DNA from: Octopus sinensis | Taxonomy: Eukaryota | Assembly: GCF_006345805.1 (NCBI RefSeq) | Contig: NC_042997.1 | Coordinates: forward strand, 89,156,001-89,220,000 | Length of the DNA: 64,000 nucleotides | Direction of reading: 5' to 3' | Part shown: positions 55,805-64,000 of the stretch, one piece after another | Layout: each line of letters begins with the position of its first letter | Position numbering within the stretch: the stretch's first letter is position 1 | Translations under genes and position numbers: made by a program | Notes under the pieces: model-generated | Database searches by the model: none | What the model was told of the DNA's origin: nothing | The model's input: the letters and a program-made list of their open reading frames with translations, nothing else

Positions 55805-56752
55805 CACATACATACATGCACACACACATTATCCTGGGGGAGCCTTTATATAATCACTCAACTTGTTAGACATGGCACACAACAGTTGTTCCCTGAAATG
55901 AAACCCATTTTTAATGTGTCAAAAAAGAAAACATTGGGTAATATAATCCAAGAACAGCTGACCTGAAGGCTAAACAACTTATAACAATGGTTACTTTCAC
56001 GTGCCAACAAATCATAGTGCATTCCACACTATTACTTTATTTTGTTTTATTAATAGATGAAAAGTAATTTGCTTAATTTTTAAACTGTGAGTTACAGTAC
56101 TAGGTCAGGATTAAGGTTAATATTCAAACCATATCATATATAAAAATTATAAATCAATGAAATAAGATTAGTATAAAATAAACAATTGCAGCATGGAAGA
56201 TGCATATTAGCCATTCAGTAACACACAAAGACTGTTGACTTTATTTAAACATTTATTATTTGTAATATGATCAATGTAATATAGTCGTGGCTAATACTGG
56301 TGTCACAAAACAGTCACCCATGCCAATGACACGTAAAAGGCACCCTTTAAATATTGGGCTTCATGGAGGTGATAAGTGACCAAGACCTTTGATGATATGC
56401 CGTACTTGGGAAGACTCATGACAAATGAAATTGTAGCTGTGGTCAATGTCAGTGTCACCTAACTGGCATGTAAAAACCATGCTAAATTAGATTGGAACCT
56501 AATACAATTCTCCAGCTTACCATGGAAAGCAGATGCTAAATGATGATGATGGTGTCAAAATTTCCATCACCTGAAACTGTCACCTGGTCACTAACAACAT
56601 AGTCACACTGTGTTTCTAAATGGCTAAAATGTGATCCACACTGCAATCATTTTAATTTTGACATATGATCTCAGATCAAAACACTTCCCATGCAAGTGCA
56701 TCTCCATTTTAGTATAAAATAGAATTATGTAAATTTGTTGGGAACACTACAG

Positions 56753-57646
56753 GGATCTTTTCCCTTTCAATAGCAGATAGAAAGATTAATTTTTTGTAAC
56801 TAAACACTTTCAAACTTCAGACACTGGTAGAATGTGTCATATAAAACATCTTTTACTCTTAGCGTTTTTGAGAAAAGTTTATATTTTCAAAGTTATTTCG
56901 TGTTAAAGTTGTCGGATTTCGGTAATTTCAACCAATCAATGACGTGTATTCAGCTGAATAAAATTACTGCTGTTGTTTGTCAACAACAACTATCGGTGGT
57001 GTATGTTTCATTTGTCACTGTTATTTATGACATCATGTGTTTGTACTGGTTTTAGCTTTAGGGGGTTAGGGTTAGAGTTATGGAAAAAAGTGAAAAATGA
57101 AGAAATTGGAGGGGGGGTTCAAGATTCTGATTTTTGGCAATTTTCCGGAATATCCATATCTGGAAAGCTGGGTTTTTCGCAAAAAAATGTTTAAAAAAAC
57201 AATAATTTGAGAAAATGGTGGGGAGGAAGTCTTTCCGAAAATAGAAGCTGAAAAACAGGAAAGAAATCCTAAAAGCAGGAGAAATGCACGAACAATTATG
57301 GTGGTGCCATGAAGTAAACATGCTTCAGATACACTCGTTTATTCACACGAACGTAACTGAGATGAAATATGTCATAAATAACAGTGACAAACGAAATATA
57401 CACCGCCGGAAGTTGTTGTTGACAAACAACAGCAGTAATTTTATTCAGCTGAATACACGTCATTGATTGGTTGAAATTACCTAAATACAACTTTAACACG
57501 AAATAACTTTGAAAATATAAACTTTTCTCAAAAACGCTAAGAGTAAAAGATGTTTTATATGACACATTCTACCAGTGTCCAAAGTTTGAAAGTGTTCAGT
57601 TACAAAAAATTAATTTTTTGATCTGCCGTTGAAAGGGAAAAGATCC
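56753..57646. mobile_element. Long-TIR (~285 bp arms) DNA transposon with 8-bp TSD CACTACAG
   Basis: GGATC...GATCC termini with near-perfect inverted arms. CACTACAG occurs at 56745-56752 and 57647-57654. Arm sequence resembles the interior of the 44715-45125 element. Confidence 0.88.
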
Positions 57647-60600
57647 CACTACAGTAACCAATCTGATAAACAGGCATGTAAAACATACATCTGCATAAAA
57701 AACAAAAAAGAAATAATCAACACAATGGTGACAACTTCAATACATCATCTTTAATTTGACAGCTTAACACTGGAGCAAGAATTAACAGACTTGATTATAT
57801 ATATATATATGTCGGAAACAAGTTTTTTCTGGTATCTAATTCGACTAGAGGTTTTTTTTTTTTCTTTTTCCTCAGAATACTGTAGGAAATAGACAGAAGA
57901 ATACAAATGAAACAATGGATTAAATGTTATTAAGCAATTTGTTCAATATGCTGTTTCTTTAATAAGTAATATTGTTTTGTTTTGTTTTTACTTCCAGAAT
58001 TGGCACAAAAATTTTGTGCAATATTGACTACCATGATATAGCATTGACCTGTTCAGATGATGGAATCATCTTTTAGACAGTAATGCCTGCAGTCAAGATA
58101 TATACACAATGGAATGGAGCTGGCAAAAAGAAAATAGCTTGGTCAGCTGTGAACTTCCAACAACTCCTATCACAGGCGCAATACACCAGTTGATATTTGG
58201 TGAAATGGGAAGATCTACAAGTTAAACCTTTTCATTTTCCTCATCATTCCCGCCTCAAAGTATGCACTAGAGAAAGATGTGGCAAAGTGATATGTAAAAA
58301 CATGAGGCGGTGGTGATGATGATGAAACAGAATGCATTGTTCGGCTAAGAAGTAACGATCACAGCTGAATTTCATGGAGACTGTCTCCAACTTCCTGAAT
58401 ACTCCTACAACTGAAAAGTTATGTTCCATAACCTTTAAGCAGTGTAAGACGAGAGAGAGAAAAACAGAGGAGGTGGGGAGAGAAAGGAGGAGACATTCAA
58501 GATAGAACTCATTGTTATTGTCACACATATACATAATTTTTTTGTTGATTTCTTTGCTAGCAAAATCTTTAGCTTAATTGAGCGATTGTCTCATTTACTG
58601 GAGATCTTCAGAGCGAATGATTGGTCAGAAAAAGGGTAGAGTTGAATGATTAATGAAGTGGTCAGCAATGAAGAAACATTCATTGGTTTTGAACGGAACC
58701 AGACAGCAGGGTTTGGCCAGCAATATTTCCATAGTAGAAAATTGTTTGTACTCTATGTACTCAGTCTTTCAAAATCTAAGACTTAAAATTCAAAGCAGAC
58801 GCACATTTTACAAATACTATTGATACATAAATACATAGCCTTTTTTTTTTTTTTTTACTTAAGTATAAAACCCCAGATTTATAGCATTAGTGATTATTAT
58901 AAAGTGAAGCAGTTTCAGTAAGATAATCAAAACCAAGTTTGGATTAGATTAGCTGGGAAGTTATTACTGCATCACAATCCCCTCTTCAACCCTTCCTTCC
59001 AAAAAATAAAATCACAAAATATGTATATTAAATAATTTAATGTGCAAATGGAATTTTCACCCAGCCAGGAGGATTTAAGTTTCTATTTTGTTAATTCACT
59101 TCAGCAAATTAGATTCTGTAATTAAAAGTCCTTACTGTGGTAGCAAGAGAGAGAAGAGAGAGATGGAATACTAGAGTATTTAACAAACAAAACTTTCCAG
59201 CAGCTGGAGAGTAAAGAGTGCTATATATATACACACACACACACAGACACACACATAAATTAACACATACACATGCGCATGCACACACCATGTTTCTAAC
59301 ATGGGATTGCAAGACTTGAGAAGTACCCGATTTTTCATGCTAGCATTGATTGGATAAGTCTTCAAATCTAGACTTTTGACTGATTTGTTTAAGCAGATAT
59401 TTCAAGTATATTTTTCGGCTATGCAATTAAAGTAATGTTTTATGTATGGGTGAATTATATCCTTAACAAGTATTGAATACTGCCTTCAAAATAACACTGT
59501 ACAGAGAAACTAGTCATGATGAACATTCTCACAAACACACACACAATTCATCATAATTATTATCAACAACATTACCATCAACAACAGAAAATTATTTTTC
59601 CCAATGATTTTTCAAACAGTTTACTTCATAAGATATTGCTGTGTACCTACTGTGTGCCATTTCAGTTACAGTAGACAGTGTTTATATGTTACTCCTCAAA
59701 AAAGTAAAGGAGTGCTGTAAGATCATGCTATACAAGCATTCATCATCAATTAGAAATAATACTCTCACTAACACTTACACATGTTAGTAATTTCAGCTAG
59801 CAAATTTTGCAATTTGTGTTTTTTTTCACATCTACTTTCCTATACTAGAAAATGAAAGAGAGGAAAATACTGTTTTGTTTGTTTGGCAAACTTGGATATT
59901 TGTATAAGAATCATGGATGCCTTTTGTGGTTACTAATTAGCCAACAATGAAGCTAGGTTGATATTTAGTTTTTCACAAAGGCAAACTCAGACAGGAAAGA
60001 GCAGAATATAGTTGCTGTTAGCAGAATACAGCAGGCTGTCAGCAGCAACTTATCTTTACAGTTACAACTTATGATTGATACATTTATACATCTAAAAAAC
60101 AAAAAAATTACTCTACCAATGAATAGCATGATTTTCATTGTTGTTTGAGTTTAATAATCATATCACAGTGACATATTTCAACTAGCTCTTTACCTGGTCA
60201 TTTTCTGACTCTTTGTATTAATATTGATAACAAAATATCTTACTTTTTATTAGTATTGGTGAAAAAGTACAGCAACTGGACTTAGTGGCTAATACCAGCT
60301 GATAGGCAGCATCAGAGTACACAATTTAGACAAATGACACCAAAACAGTACATACATATATATATATAGTGCAAAGGATTATGAAGAAATATGACTGACC
60401 TACTGCTACAAAGAATTCTGGTGCTATTTTGATCATAATAGACAACCCAGTTTTGCTTTAAATATATATAAAAAAAATTAATGCTGACATTTAAACCACT
60501 TTAAACTCTTATTTGATCTGTTAATATATTTTGAAATTGTATATTATGCTAAACCTACTACTACTATCAATTACAGAGTGACAATTCATTGATCAACATC

Positions 60601-63600
60601 CTCAATAATCTAGTGAGCCAACAAGCAAAATCTCTCTAATAATCTCTCACAGTGAAGAATCCTCAACATTCACATTACATTGTCCCATTTTATTTTTATT
60701 AAAGTGGAATAAAGAAGAGACATGAAATTAAATACTGAAATATATGCCAGATTATCACTAACTTAGAGAATAGTATGCTTGATATAAAGGTAAAAGAAGA
60801 TGGAGATGAATTATGTAGCACAGCAACTTAACATAAGCAAAGGATGTTGACAGACTGAAGGGTAAGCCAAATAGCTTCATGATCTTATATTATGATGGAA
60901 TGTTAGTGCAAAGACATTTATGTTTTGAGCAAAATATTTTAACATTGTTTAGAAACAGAATGAAATTTTCCAGCAGATCTTTTACAGGTGGACAAAATGA
61001 AAATGAAACAAAACAACACATAAGATTGACAGGGACTAAAGATATTAGTTTACAAAATGGAATATAGATGTTAGTTTTCAAAATGGAATAAAGATATCAG
61101 TTTTCAGAAAGCCTTTGTTATTAAATTAATAAATTTGTAAAGAAAAAAATTTGCTCAAGCTGTAATTTAGACAAACTACACAGCTGCATTTTTTTATTTT
61201 CTATTGTTAATTATAATTGTCAGTAGAGAAAATGACAAGTAGGCTAGCAAACTATGAGGTAGAGTTACGTAATAAAAGCCTACTGAATCAATATAATCTC
61301 CAATTTCTCAGTTCCTCAACAAACTGCAAAAGGTTAACTCATGGAAGAAATAGTTCTAATACATAGAAAAGATGAAAATAAGAAAAGAGTGAAGTCAAAT
61401 CTATCCTGCAAATAATTTTTAGTGATGCTGCCAGAAATGATGAAACATCAAACATTCCCTCTCTTAGCTGCTTGTGAACCAAAATCTCAAATATACAGGT
61501 TACAATTTAGTTTAATGGCAGTGCACACAAAGGTCAGTGTCTTAAATTGTACCTGCAAACATATTGCAACAGATAAAAATATACAAGACCTGCATAATTT
61601 ATATCTATATATTAATAATCTAGCTGTAGGCAAGTTAGAGCAGGAGGCTAATAAAAACTGCTTGAAAGACATTAGTGGAGCTAAGAGAAATAGCTCAAGA
61701 CAATGGCATGGTTTTTAACTAAGTATGACTGGATGCACTGAATTTATATGATAGTGGAAGGGATTTTAAAGTTTTCTCCTCTAGATTAGAGAGCATATTA
61801 CTTCCAAAAACCACAAAAGTATAAACATGAGTAGTTCATTTCAGATGGTTTTAGGCACCATAGGACTGACAGAAAAACATATGATGTTGTGCAGATTTGT
61901 GCCATACAGGATGTTAAGAGTTAAATCTTAATTCATTGAAATACACTCTTCTGTTTTTTGTGAATTGCTAACAAATGCCACTAGACTTTTGTTTTCTTTA
62001 TCTAGTTTAGAGGAAATTTTCAGTTCATTAAGAATCTATTTTCATACATCATTCAGTACAGTCACACTTACATAAGTAAAAACCTCTATTTATTAAGTAG
62101 GTTCATATTGTCTATTCTTCAGAGACTGTCACTGTCTTTAAGAATGATCAGATTTTCCTCTTAAGCATGACAATCAAATTAATTTAATGAAATTATCTCA
62201 CCTCTTCTAACAAAACAAGCAGGTTTTTGTTTCCTTTCTTCAACTAAATGTAAAATTGCATTTTACTAAAAATGTTTGAGTGTATTTCATTCAGCAAATT
62301 CATTCAAATCCCATATTTCCATAAAAGAAGCAGATCAATGGTGCTAATTAAGTAAAATCAGTGAATTGATTATGTAGTTGTACTTGTTTAGCAAATCACT
62401 TGATCTGATATCAGATGTTTAAACAAAAACTAACTGTGGAACAATCATACTACCCATTTAAAACTATTTATGGTTATATTCATTTTTGGTCTTTTTTTGT
62501 GATAATCTTTGGTATATTTTGTTATCATAATGTACTATAAAGCGTCATAAATTAGTCGCTAAAGCAATTCCATTGCATGTTTTATTGTATTAAATCATTA
62601 TAACAATAGATATGCTACTGGTAAACTTCTTACAAGAGAGTGTTACATTTGATAAAGTAATTATCTAGAAAAGATAAACAACAGACTATGGCTATGTAGT
62701 TAAGTTCAATTAGAAACCACATGGTTCCAGATTTGATCCTACTGAGCAGCACTTTGGGGAGGTTAAGCAGTCTTGAGAATTATATTTTAGTAGAAGAGTA
62801 ACTGTGAAGAATGCATATACAAAAATCATCAGATGTACATACACACTTTATTTTTTAATCAACAAAGCTACCAATGGTTTCATGTGGAAAGGGTATCAAC
62901 AATTCTTCAAGCTGTCCTTTAAAAACACTGATAATTGTCTCCATTCAAAAATGGAGACGATTACCAGTATTTTTAAATAGATTGCTTGAAGAAATGTGGA
63001 TACCTTTTCCACATGAAACTATTGGTAGCTTTGTTAATTCACAAATAACGAATGCACCAAATGCAGTGTTGAATACTGATTATTATTGTTCAATAACATT
63101 GCGTGTTTGAGTGAGTATGTGTGTCTGTACACACACTGGCATGGGATGGTCAATCAAAATCAGCATGTGGCATTTAGTCACATTATGCCAAGGTTGATTT
63201 TACCTTTCATCTCTTACATCATCAATAAAATAAGTGTCAAATAAAGTACTAGGTTTAATACAAGCAGTTAAAACTCTAGGAGGTGAAACCAGAGCATGAA
63301 TCAATAAAAGAAAAAGTTGATATTTACAATAGCAACGAGATATAAATGAAATTAGAAAACTGATAAAAGATGGCATAAATTCTTGTAAAAGAGAGACTAA
63401 ATAAAAAGCCTTTGACAAAGAAATTATAGCTTCACAAAAGAATGTGCTATGAATGGGAATATTATAATGTAGAGAAGTTCTTGTTTTGCAGCTACTGATA
63501 ATTCAAATAATTCTTTCACATTAATATTCACAAAAACCTTTTAGTGTCAGCTGTTGCAGATATGTTACTGTCAGGTTTGCAGAGAGATCTCATTTGATGA

Positions 63601-64000
63601 TAGACTGCTATCATTATCACAGAAACACTATTTGATGACACTGGCAATCCACTAGGAACATTGCACAGCCTAAAGCCATTGAATTTGAGCTTGAATTATA
63701 GTTCAAATTCTTGTCATACCTGGATACCTGGCTACTGTCTTTCATCTTCAGTAAGGAGAGGGAGAGATTGTAGCAAAAAATATACCTGATCAGTTGTCAG
63801 CAGAATTACAACAGCTTTTAAGGTATTGCAAGGAAAGAGAAATATATGGAAGATTTGTAGCGCCTGAGTGTCTTGAAGATGAAAAATATTGATTTCTGAC
63901 ATAGGTACAAAATATAACTTTGATGTATAGAGATTTTCAGTGACAGCTGTGTACTTCCTCTAAATCTGAGTTTTAAGATAATGTCCCTTTACAGTAAGCT

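Overview
AT-rich, intron-containing eukaryotic DNA with dense microsatellites and repeats. The SINE families and (TA)n/(CA)n load look like an Octopus (cephalopod) genome; this is my recognition, not a database result. One clear host gene is present: an HGH1 (FAM203) homolog on the minus strand with three phase-compatible coding exons (36297-35631, 33854-33664, 27573-27322; 369 aa). A second, unidentified two-exon minus-strand candidate lies at 2125-1151. The rest is a mosaic of decayed mobile elements: Penelope-like (GIY-YIG) retroelements, CR1/L2-, RTE-, Tx1/L1- and HERO-like (RLE) non-LTR retrotransposons, mariner, maT and hAT relics, TIR elements with 8-bp TSDs, and several tRNA-headed SINE families. 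The most interesting signal is RNA structure. About a dozen type I hammerhead-ribozyme-like motifs occur, many with palindromic stem III and several in outward-facing fold-back pairs next to (TA)n. A hammerhead-like core in a non-circularly permuted (pseudoknotted) strand order sits in the 3' UTR of the HERO-like element. Repeat boundaries were read by eye and are approximate unless TSDs or splice sites are quoted.
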